Source: an uncultured bacterium
GTDB lineage: Bacteria; Bacillota; Clostridia; Christensenellales; QALW01
Direction of reading: 5' to 3'
Length of the DNA stretch: 64,000 nt
NCBI GenBank assembly: GCA_905214315.1
Contig: CAJMLN010000004.1
Span: 14,521 to 78,520, forward strand
The notes under the pieces were generated by a model that was not told the origin of the DNA, made no database searches, and worked only from the letters and a program-made list of their open reading frames with translations. Each line of letters opens with the position of its first letter. Positions within the stretch are counted from its first letter, which is position 1. A program made the translations under genes and the position numbers. This document shows positions 37,457 to 45,344 of the stretch, one piece after another.

Positions 37457-37825
37457 CTTTGCGCCGAAATTATCGCTCTTTTTGATATCGGCTGATATTT
37501 TAATGATAAAATTTTCTTATCCGGAATATTTTAATGCCTCGGCATACAGCTCGCGGCCGATTGCCCAGCGGGGCGAGGCGTTATACGCTTTCGGCTGCAG
37601 CATAAGCACATGGCCATGGCCGGAGGAAGGATCCGGATCCTCTGCAATCTGCGGGATCACTGTATAATTATCGGCAGTAAATACCGCCTTGCTCCAATTG
37701 TTATCCGAGGTATACGGCCGGAAGATGCCCCATTCGGTTTTATTTCCGGAGCCGTCATAAGCCTCGGCCGGAAGCATACCCAGCGGAATTTCTTCAAAAT
37801 TCGAAATTTTTGCAGGTATGAGGTT
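37232..37825 (-). repeat. Tandem duplication unit, copy 2 (period about 759 bp)
   Basis: Near-identical at the nucleotide level to 37991..38578 over most of its length. Spurious plus-strand ORFs at 37323 and 38082 are 114-aa near-twins offset by 759 bp. Confidence 0.85.
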
Positions 37826-38698
37826 TTCTCTCCGTGCTTCCGCAGGTGCATTCGTTGCTGTAGGCGTGGGGGCGGCTGTAGCCGGAGCCGTCGTGGTAGC
37901 GGTAGGCGATACCGTAGCTGTTGCCGTAGGCGTCGGTGCCGTTGATGCGGTTGCTGTGGCCGTCGCTGTAGGCGTCACTTCTTCTAAAAAGACCGGCGTT
38001 ACCGTAGCGGTGATATGATCCAGGTAAATGGGTCCTGTAGGCGCTTGTACCTGAACAAGATAAATATTATAGTAAAACTCGTTGTTATTGTTTTGCAGTT
38101 CTTCTAAGGTACAGGTATATTCGGCGGTAAGCGTTACCCATTTTCCGTTGGCGGTCACTACCTCGCTGGCGGCCAGATTGCCCGAGGTATCGGCGCTGTC
38201 TTTTCTGAAATACAGCTTAGCGCCGAAATTATCGCTCTTTTTGATATCTACGGAGAGCTTTATTTTATACCGCACGGCCCCGGGTGTCGTCTGTGCCTGG
38301 GCATACAGCTCATTTCGGATCGCCCAGCGGGGCGAGGCGTTATACGCTTTCGGCTGCAGCATAAGTACATGGCCGTGGCCGGAGGAAGGATCCGGGTCTT
38401 CTGCAATCTGCGGAATCACCGTATAATTATCGGCAGTAAACACCGCTTTGCTCCAATTGTTATCCGAGGTATACGGCCGGAAGATGCCCCATTCGGCTTT
38501 ATCGTATGTTCCGCTGTTTACGGGTGTCTCACCGACAGCAACCGCTTCAAAGGTTGCGATCTTTGCGGGAATGACATTGGCGCTTTCCGTGCCGTCCCGC
38601 TCAACGGATTCCGCGTGGATCAGGCTAAAAACACTGAGGCAGGATGCGAGCACAGCGCATAATAGAAAAAATGAAACGATTTTTCTCTGCTTTGTCAT
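37517..38698 (-). CDS. 5' segment of the interrupted surface-protein gene (signal peptide, domain A-B copy 1, T/A/P linker, domain A copy 2)
   Basis: Signal peptide 'IVSFFLLCAVLASCLSVFSLIHAES'. The 'EWGIFRPYTSDNNWSKAVFTADNYTVIPQIAEDPDPSSGHGHVLMLQPKAYNASPRWAI' block is duplicated internally. The segment ends at an in-frame TAA at 37517-37519. Confidence 0.6.
   Translation of the reverse strand: MTKQRKIVSFFLLCAVLASCLSVFSLIHAESVERDGTESANVIPAKIATFEAVAVGETPVNSGTYDKAEWGIFRPYTSDNNWSKAVFTADNYTVIPQIAEDPDPSSGHGHVLMLQPKAYNASPRWAIRNELYAQAQTTPGAVRYKIKLSVDIKKSDNFGAKLYFRKDSADTSGNLAASEVVTANGKWVTLTAEYTCTLEELQNNNNEFYYNIYLVQVQAPTGPIYLDHITATVTPVFLEEVTPTATATATASTAPTPTATATVSPTATTTAPATAAPTPTATNAPAEARRENLIPAKISNFEEIPLGMLPAEAYDGSGNKTEWGIFRPYTSDNNWSKAVFTADNYTVIPQIAEDPDPSSGHGHVLMLQPKAYNASPRWAIGRELYAEALKYSG
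37991..38578 (-). repeat. Tandem duplication unit, copy 1
   Basis: See copy 2. The core (38021..38494 versus 37262..37735) is almost identical except for a 52-nt patch. Confidence 0.85.
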
Positions 38699-38713
38699 AA
38701 AAACTTCTCCTTT

Positions 38714-39790
38714 TTATATGATTTCTGTTTGTACCGCACTGTTTTCTTCGGCGGACCTGATTCCGGCCGAAAGCGCCGCCATTACCTGTAAATTCAAAGG
38801 CATATCAAGGGTTTCATCGATATCGCCCGTGCCGTCCATAAAGCGAAGGACATGCTCGGCCAGCGCCTCCTTACGCATCTGCGGCATATCGATCATCTGC
38901 GCAGGCGCCGCCGGCTGATGGGTTCTGCCGTGATAAATTTTTACCTGCGTGCTGTGCCTGTCGCAGACGATCACGCCATCAGAACCATAAATAACCGGTC
39001 CTGTGGGGATTTCAGCCGGATTATAGCTGCTCCAGGAGCCCTCCAGCAGACCCACTCCCTCTCCGAAATCCAGAATCATCGCGCTGTAATCCTCTACATC
39101 GGTAAAACGGGTGTCGAACTGTTTGGAAACGGCGTTCACAGCTTTTGCCTGATGCCCAAAAATCCAGGTAGAAAGCATCGTACCGTAGCAGGCGTAATCC
39201 AAAATGGAACCGCCGCCGAACTTTTTTTGATACCACCAGGTTTTTTTCAGCCATTCCTCTTCGGGAAGCTTTCCGTCCGGCGCATAGGAATAGGGTCCCC
39301 AGGTGGCGGGACTGCGGTAAACGACTCTTCTGATTCGGCCAATCTCGCCCGCATCCGCAAGCTCCTTTGCTTTGCGGAACGGCAAAAACCAGGATACAGG
39401 CCAATTGGTGATTACTTTTGTGTGATTCTTTTCCGCACAGGCCGCCATTTTTTTTGCGTCATTCAGATTCACGGCCATGGGCTTTTCCACGATCACCGGA
39501 ATTCCTTCGGAAAGCAGGGTCAAACAGATATCGCTTTTACTGCTGTTGTTTGCCGCAACGACCGCTAAATCGGGTTTTTCCTCTAAAAGAAGCTGCCAGG
39601 AAGAAAACCGCTTCATTTTCTGTGCGCCCGCGCCGAGATTTTTTTCACGCTCCTGCGGGGTGAGGCCGTCGTATTCCGGCACATCGGCAAAGCCGATGCA
39701 CGAAAACCGCTCATTGTTGCTCAAGGTGCCGAACAGAGTCGCCGCATGCGGGTGAGAAACGCCGAAAAAGGCTGTTTTTATCGATTTCAT
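38714..39790 (-). CDS. Gfo/Idh/MocA-family oxidoreductase, non-canonical N-terminal loop
   Basis: 358 aa. 'VEKPMA' is present. The N-terminus is 'IKTAFFGVSHPHAATLF' rather than GxGxxG. It is a paralogue of 30959..32056, sharing 'NWPV.W' and 'WWHQKKYGGG'/'WWYQKKFGGG'. Confidence 0.75.
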   Translation of the reverse strand: MKSIKTAFFGVSHPHAATLFGTLSNNERFSCIGFADVPEYDGLTPQEREKNLGAGAQKMKRFSSWQLLLEEKPDLAVVAANNSSKSDICLTLLSEGIPVIVEKPMAVNLNDAKKMAACAEKNHTKVITNWPVSWFLPFRKAKELADAGEIGRIRRVVYRSPATWGPYSYAPDGKLPEEEWLKKTWWYQKKFGGGSILDYACYGTMLSTWIFGHQAKAVNAVSKQFDTRFTDVEDYSAMILDFGEGVGLLEGSWSSYNPAEIPTGPVIYGSDGVIVCDRHSTQVKIYHGRTHQPAAPAQMIDMPQMRKEALAEHVLRFMDGTGDIDETLDMPLNLQVMAALSAGIRSAEENSAVQTEII

Positions 39791-39801
39791 ATTTTTTCTC
39801 C

Positions 39802-40893
39802 TTAAAAGGTCGTTTCCATTCTAACCGTACTTTCCGTACGAATAGCCTGCGGAATTTTTGTCATGATTTCAAGCACATGCCGTGCGTGCTCGGGGCGGAG
39901 CACCGGTTCGGTATCGTTTTCAATGGCCCGCACTAAATCCTTTAAGCAGCAGCACTGGCTGTTGATTTTTTCGGGAACGGTTTCCCAGGGCTGCGGAGTA
40001 ATCCAGCCGCGCATGCCGATTGCATCACTGTCGATATATACCTCCGGCATGGGATTCTGCATATACGGCTTTGTGAAGGAAATCGTTCCTCTGGTTCCGT
40101 AAATTTCAAGCTGAGGTGTTTTCGATGCTTTTTGCGAAAAACCGGTATCCACAAAACCGGCTTTTCCGTTCACAAAGCGGAGGGAAATCAGATATTCATC
40201 GGGAATTTTATCCGTTGTCATCTGCTGTCCGTTATAGGCGCCGGAGCGCACTTTGCGTTGCGGATCGGTAATCATGCTTAGGCAGCTGATGCTTTTAACC
40301 GGACCGAATACCGTCGTTACAATCTGCAGACCGTGTACGCCCATATCCACCAGTGCGCCCGCGCCGTCTTCAAAGAACCAGGAGGGGTCGGCATCGCGGT
40401 ACTGAAAGTATTCTGGTCCGCCGTGTGCCAGGTTGCATTTTAAATAAGCCGGTTCACCGATAGCCCCGCTTTCCATCAGCTGCCGGGCAACGGCTAAGTC
40501 GAACCGCATGGGGTGGATGGGCGCGCAGCCAAATTTTACACCCTTCTCTTTTGCCAGCGCAATTTGCCTGTCAAAGGCCTCCACCGTGGGGGCGGCCGGC
40601 TTTTGGGAAATCAGGTGCTTTCCCGCCTGAAGCAGCGCCATATTGATTTCATAATGCGCCTGAATACTCGCTGCGTCTATAGCGATGTCAAAGTCGCACT
40701 TTTTTATCATCTCCTGTACGGAGGGGTACCATTCCGGTACGCTGAATTTCTCTGCCGCCTCTTTAGCCCGCTCGGGAATGATATCGCATACGGCTACGCA
40801 TTTGGCGGAGGCTTCTTTTTCAATATTCGGAAGATATACGCTGTTTGCAAAACTTCCGCAGCCTACAACGGCAACACGCCATATTTTTTTCAT
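39802..40893 (-). CDS. Gfo/Idh/MocA-family oxidoreductase (canonical)
   Basis: 'WRVAVVGCGSFANSVY' is the Rossmann loop. I prefer the start at 40893 ('MKKIWRVAVVG'), with AAAGGGAAA upstream. Confidence 0.85.
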   Translation of the reverse strand: MKKIWRVAVVGCGSFANSVYLPNIEKEASAKCVAVCDIIPERAKEAAEKFSVPEWYPSVQEMIKKCDFDIAIDAASIQAHYEINMALLQAGKHLISQKPAAPTVEAFDRQIALAKEKGVKFGCAPIHPMRFDLAVARQLMESGAIGEPAYLKCNLAHGGPEYFQYRDADPSWFFEDGAGALVDMGVHGLQIVTTVFGPVKSISCLSMITDPQRKVRSGAYNGQQMTTDKIPDEYLISLRFVNGKAGFVDTGFSQKASKTPQLEIYGTRGTISFTKPYMQNPMPEVYIDSDAIGMRGWITPQPWETVPEKINSQCCCLKDLVRAIENDTEPVLRPEHARHVLEIMTKIPQAIRTESTVRMETTF

Positions 40894-40910
40894 AAATATT
40901 TCCCTTTCTG

Positions 40911-40939
40911 TTGACATCATTTTATTTTTCATCTAAAAT
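40911..40939 (+). promoter_or_regulatory. Candidate sigma-A promoter for the AraC-family gene
   Basis: TTGACA, a 17-nt spacer, then TAAAAT in the divergent intergenic region. Confidence 0.45.
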
Positions 40940-41029
40940 CATTATATGGGATAGTCGGAGGGTTTTCAAGAAACAAAATTAGCATGATATCGCACTATTT
41001 TAACATTTTTATGTCAGGAGAAGGAGACC

Positions 41030-41956
41030 ATGTTTTACAGGATATCTGTTTATCCGCATCCGGAACCGGTTACTGCATATGATATCACTCGGCAGACCGT
41101 ATGGCGCTGTGCCGACGAAAGGAATATTCTCGTCATTCTTCTTGACGGAAGCTGCTGCTTTACGCTGGCGAATCAAACGTATGAACTGTCCAAAGGCGAT
41201 ATGATCCTGATTCCCGCCGGGGAAGAATACATGCGGAAACCGGTCAAGGATCTTTCGTGCCGGTTTGCCTATATCCATTTTGAAACAAAACGCCCGATAG
41301 AAGCTATCAGGCAGGATGCGTATGAAACCGCACTCAGCGGGCTGGGGCGGGAATATTTTGAAAAACGATCTGATATCGAGGAAATTTTTCTGCCGCAGGT
41401 GGTTAAGATTACAAACGGATTTCAGGAATTGACGCACATGCTGCTTCAGCTGATGAAAGAATGCTGTCAGGCCAATCGGGTCAGCTGTTTTGCTTCCGCT
41501 TTGTTGCTTTTGCAAATTCTGCTGCTGGCACAAAAGAACGTGTTGTCGCCCTATCTGATTTCCAGCCGGATACCGGAAACATCACGTTCGCTGATTTTGC
41601 AAAAATCCGTTCATTATATCCGTAAGAACTATGAAAGTAAAATTACGCTGAAAAATCTTTGTGGACTTACGAGCGTTTCTCCGCAGCATTTAATTCGCCT
41701 GTTTCATAAGGAATTGAATATGTCGCCGGTAGAATATATCAACCATGTTAAAATCCTGCACGCTATAGAATTGCTACGTTCTTCTAACCTTACCATTGAA
41801 GAAATCTCATATAAACTGGGCTTCAGCAGCCCAAGCTATTTCGGAAGGGTGTTTAAAAGGCATAACGGTAATACGCCGCATGAAGAACGCGTTCGTATTG
41901 CGACGTTTTCGCCGGCAAAAAGAGAAAGAACCACTGTACCGCTTCCGGAACAGTGA
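41030..41956 (+). CDS. AraC-family transcriptional regulator (cupin sensor + HTH_18)
   Basis: 308 aa. The N-terminal cupin-like region includes 'GDMILIPAGEEY'. The C-terminus is 'LCGLTSVSPQHLIRLFHKELNMSPVEYINHVKILHAIELL...IEEISYKLGFSSPSYFGRVFKRHNGNTP'. It is divergent from the GRE/oxidoreductase operon. Confidence 0.85.
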   Translation: MFYRISVYPHPEPVTAYDITRQTVWRCADERNILVILLDGSCCFTLANQTYELSKGDMILIPAGEEYMRKPVKDLSCRFAYIHFETKRPIEAIRQDAYETALSGLGREYFEKRSDIEEIFLPQVVKITNGFQELTHMLLQLMKECCQANRVSCFASALLLLQILLLAQKNVLSPYLISSRIPETSRSLILQKSVHYIRKNYESKITLKNLCGLTSVSPQHLIRLFHKELNMSPVEYINHVKILHAIELLRSSNLTIEEISYKLGFSSPSYFGRVFKRHNGNTPHEERVRIATFSPAKRERTTVPLPEQ

Positions 41957-42379
41957 TTGTTTAAATACCAAAGCTGCTTTTATCGGCAGATTGAAGCAGA
42001 GGGGGTTTAAGCGGGTAAACTTAGCTGCCGGGGAAATTTTTCTTAAAGACTGCGTTTTGTCGTTTCAAAGAGCTTACCTGCGCGTCAATTTGTTGTAGAA
42101 AAGGGCGTGTTATAACACAGCGGCAATTGGTTTTTTCTATTTGCACAGAATTCGGGCTTTCGCTCTTTTTGACAGGGGAGCTAACGGCCGTAAAACAAAG
42201 GGAAAGAAATTTTTTTGTTTTTCATGCCGAAATTTCTCTCCCTCTGCCGCAGGCCTTTTGCTGCCTCGCGCGTCGGGAAAGGCAATGGATTTTTGAACTG
42301 CTTTAATAATAGAAGGCATCTTTATAGCAAGCTTAAATTTTTGCAGCATATTTTAGAAAATTACTGTTGAAACTTTTAT

Positions 42380-42408
42380 TTGCATTTCTTTCCACTGCGT
42401 GATATAAT
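42380..42408 (+). promoter_or_regulatory. Candidate sigma-A promoter ahead of a ~200-nt leader for the CNNM gene
   Basis: TTGCAT, a 17-nt spacer, then TATAAT. Confidence 0.5.
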
Positions 42409-42621
42409 AATTTTGTATTATATTTTTTTAAGGAGATGGTTGCACTGGATCCGCTTCCCCGAAGTTGTCCGCTTTGCGGATGTTTTTTGCAGCCTGCAGG
42501 CTATAGAACCGCAGGCGATGTTTTAGAGGACAGAAGGCCCTTTTTGTCCCCACCGTTTTCCCGGCTTTATTTGCGGTGCTGAGTTGACGGCGTTGGTGTT
42601 ATAAATATAAGGAGGGTTTTT

Positions 42622-43953
42622 ATGTCTGACATAGGCAAACAAATTATTTTACAGATTTTTTTAATTTTACTTAATGCTTTTTTTGCCGCGACGGAGATCG
42701 CCGTGATTTCCCTGAACGCTACCAAGCTGAAGGCACGGGTGGAGGACGGAGATAAAAAAGCGGGAAAAATGCTGAAGATGGTGGAGGAACCTACAGGCTT
42801 CCTTTCTACAATACAGATTGGTATCACGTTGGCGGGCTTTTTGGGCTCGGCGTTTGCGGCGGATAATTTTTCGGACCTTTTGGTCAACTGGCTGGTCAAT
42901 ACCTGCCATATTACGTTTCTTTCGCCTGCCGCGCTCAACAGCATCTCTGTTGTTGTAATTACGTTGATTCTTTCGTATTTTACCCTGGTCTTGGGAGAAC
43001 TGGTGCCCAAGCGGATTGCCATGCGCCGCTCGGAAAAGCTGGCGAGCGCTTTCTGCGGCGTTATTACGTTCCTGTCAAAGGTTTTAAAGCCGGTTATCTG
43101 GTTCTTAACGGTTTCCACCAACGGCGTGCTGCGCCTGTTCGGAATTGATCCGCATGAGGCGGACGAGGCCGTTTCACAGGAGGATATCGTTATGATGCTT
43201 GATGCCGGCGCGGAGGAAGGCACTATCCGCCCGCAGGAGATCGAATATATTAAAAACGTGTTCGCGCTGGATCATCTCAACGCATCGGATGTGATGACAC
43301 CCCGTAATTCCATTGAGCTGATCGCCGACGACGCCGAAGAGGATGAAATTTTAAACAGTATTGAAAGCAGCGGGTATTCTCGCCTGCCTGTTTACAGTGA
43401 AACTGTGGATAATATTATCGGTGTACTGCATACGCGGGAATATCTTTTAAAGAAAAATACTCCCGGATTTAAGCTGGAGCAGGCGGTGCTGCCTGTAAGC
43501 TTTGTGCCCGAAAGTATTCATTTGGACGCGCTTTTTAAGGATATGCAGATGGATCATACGCATATGGTTATCGTTGTGGATGAATACGGCGGCACGGCGG
43601 GTCTGGTAACGATGGAGGACATCCTGGAGGAATTGGTAGGCGAAATTTGGGACGAACAGGATGAAGAGATCGATAATTTTGAGAAGACGGGGGAAAATAC
43701 TTATAAAATTCTGTGCAGCACGCCTATTGATGAGTTTTTTGCCTTTTTTGACCTGGAAGAAGAGGAATGCGATTCCTCCACGGTTAATGGCTGGATTCTG
43801 GAACAAACGGGAAAGATTCCTGACGAGAAGAGTTTTTTCGAATATAAAAATTTAAAAATTACCATTACAAAAGCGGATGAACAGCGTACTCAGGAGATCA
43901 GCGTAACGGTAAATCCCATAAAAAAGGAAGAACCTGAAGAAAAGGGAAAATAA
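42622..43953 (+). CDS. CNNM/DUF21-CBS-CorC_HlyC family membrane protein (TlyC/CorC-like divalent-cation transporter)
   Basis: 443 aa. The DUF21 N-terminus reads 'LLNAFFAATEIAVISLN'. A CBS pair is present ('VMTPRNSIE...YSRLPVY', 'HMVIVVDEYGGTAGLVTMEDILEELVGEI'), followed by a C-terminal CorC_HlyC domain. Confidence 0.85.
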   Translation: MSDIGKQIILQIFLILLNAFFAATEIAVISLNATKLKARVEDGDKKAGKMLKMVEEPTGFLSTIQIGITLAGFLGSAFAADNFSDLLVNWLVNTCHITFLSPAALNSISVVVITLILSYFTLVLGELVPKRIAMRRSEKLASAFCGVITFLSKVLKPVIWFLTVSTNGVLRLFGIDPHEADEAVSQEDIVMMLDAGAEEGTIRPQEIEYIKNVFALDHLNASDVMTPRNSIELIADDAEEDEILNSIESSGYSRLPVYSETVDNIIGVLHTREYLLKKNTPGFKLEQAVLPVSFVPESIHLDALFKDMQMDHTHMVIVVDEYGGTAGLVTMEDILEELVGEIWDEQDEEIDNFEKTGENTYKILCSTPIDEFFAFFDLEEEECDSSTVNGWILEQTGKIPDEKSFFEYKNLKITITKADEQRTQEISVTVNPIKKEEPEEKGK

Positions 43954-43957
43954 AAAA

Positions 43958-43986
43958 CAGCCGGCAGAAAATGCCGGCTGTTTTGC
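43958..43986 (+). terminator. Rho-independent terminator
   Basis: cagccggca-gaaaa-tgccggctg followed by ttttgc. Confidence 0.65.
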
Positions 43987-44028
43987 TGACTCGGGCTGAT
44001 TTTTCCTGTGCACAAAAACGGTTTTGGG

Positions 44029-44268
44029 TTATTTAAAGTCTTCTTCACGCACCTCTTCTTTTTCCTCCGGCACGGCGTCGGCCTCAGCAGGGCGGCAGCG
44101 CACTGCTTTTAAAATGCGCAGGTACTGCTTGCGCTTTGCCTCCAAATTATAAATGGCAAAATCGATATCCTCTTTGGTAACGGCGTTGTTGAATATGTGG
44201 ATGGCCTGCTGCCAGCTTTTATATGCCTGCTCCACCTGGCGGGCACAGCGATCTTCGTTATTTTCCAT
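44029..44268 (-). CDS. DUF2508 (YaaL-like) small protein
   Basis: 79 aa. 'WQQAIHIFNNAVTKEDIDFAIYNLEAKRKQYLRILK' matches my recollection of the YaaL pattern. Confidence 0.5.
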   Translation of the reverse strand: MENNEDRCARQVEQAYKSWQQAIHIFNNAVTKEDIDFAIYNLEAKRKQYLRILKAVRCRPAEADAVPEEKEEVREEDFK

Positions 44269-44310
44269 AAAAAATCCCTCCGCTAAAAGAGTATGAGCGG
44301 AGGGGGTGGT

Positions 44311-45261
44311 TTATTCTTCCCTTTTATATAGGCGACGGTTGTTCAGCAGCCATTGCTTTTCTGAAAAGCCACCCGGCTGCACGTCAGTCAGGGCCTTTTG
44401 AAAATCGAACATGCGGGCGTCGATCATGTCCAGGTAGTGCAGCATTTCCGCCTCGGGAAACATGGGACGCCGGATTGCGCCGAACTCAGGCTCATAATGA
44501 TGGGAAATGAGCATATGCTGCAAAAGCACCGTTGTCTGTTCACGGGCACCCACGGCCTTTGCTGCCTCGGCAATGATCAGCGGTCCCTGTACGATGTGTC
44601 CCAGCAGCAGTCCCTTCACGGTATAATCACTTACCAGGCCCAACTCTGAAGCGGCCATTTCGTCGGTTTTTTCAATATCATGCAGGATTACGCCCGCGTA
44701 GAGCCAGTCGGGATCCAGCTGGGTATAAATTTTGCACATGGCCTCGGCCGCGGTCAGCATTGTGGTGGTATGATATAAAAGACCGCAGCGCACCGAATGA
44801 TGGTTGGCCTGTGCAGCCGGATAATACAGCAGCTTGTCCTTGACCTGCTCTACCACATAGGCTACGATGCCGCGGATATCCTCTTGGCTGATGCGCGCGA
44901 TGTAGTCCTGCAGCACGGCAAACATTTCTTCCCCGCTTTTAGGGGCGGAGGGAACGAAATCACTGATGGAAACAGGATCGCTCTCGGACGCCGGGCGGAT
45001 TTTTTCTATTTTCAGCTGCAGAGAGTTCATCCACGCTACCACAAGGCCGCGAACCTTGACCAGCAGGTTGGTTCTGTAGCCGGCAAACTGCGTTTCATTA
45101 TAATTCCATATTTTGGCGTTCATCTCTCCATGGGCGTCGGCGATGGTCATATCAACAAAATTTTTGCCGGTCTGTCCGGTTTTTACCTGGAATGTTTTTA
45201 TCAGCACAAAGCCTTCAAAGCTGTCGTTTACGGCAAGCTCGTTTAATTTTTTCTGTTCCAT
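44311..45261 (-). CDS. yhaM: 3'-5' exoribonuclease YhaM (OB fold + HD domain)
   Basis: 316 aa. It is colinear with B. subtilis YhaM, sharing 'YPAAQANHHS', 'LYAGVILHDIEK', 'TVKGLLLGHI', 'LQHMLISHH' and 'EAEMLHYLDMIDARM'. Confidence 0.85.
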   Translation of the reverse strand: MEQKKLNELAVNDSFEGFVLIKTFQVKTGQTGKNFVDMTIADAHGEMNAKIWNYNETQFAGYRTNLLVKVRGLVVAWMNSLQLKIEKIRPASESDPVSISDFVPSAPKSGEEMFAVLQDYIARISQEDIRGIVAYVVEQVKDKLLYYPAAQANHHSVRCGLLYHTTTMLTAAEAMCKIYTQLDPDWLYAGVILHDIEKTDEMAASELGLVSDYTVKGLLLGHIVQGPLIIAEAAKAVGAREQTTVLLQHMLISHHYEPEFGAIRRPMFPEAEMLHYLDMIDARMFDFQKALTDVQPGGFSEKQWLLNNRRLYKREE

Positions 45262-45344
45262 ATGTCCTCCTAAACCAATTGCTATTATAATTGTAGCATA
45301 AACAGGGAAAAATATAAAGCAAATAATGAAAAAGGAGCGACAGT

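Noticed and set aside
37835-37978. Short-period 'TPTATATATASTAPTPTATATVSPTATTTAPATAAPTPTAT' repeat; considered as a microsatellite or CRISPR-like array
   Set aside because: It is in-frame within the surface-protein CDS and encodes a Thr/Ala/Pro inter-domain linker. There is no repeat-spacer architecture and there are no cas genes.
42137-42349. 70-aa minus-strand ORF between the araC-like gene and the CNNM gene
   Set aside because: It has no ribosome-binding site and a Lys/Arg-rich low-complexity sequence, and it lies in an AT-rich intergenic region that holds the CNNM promoter.
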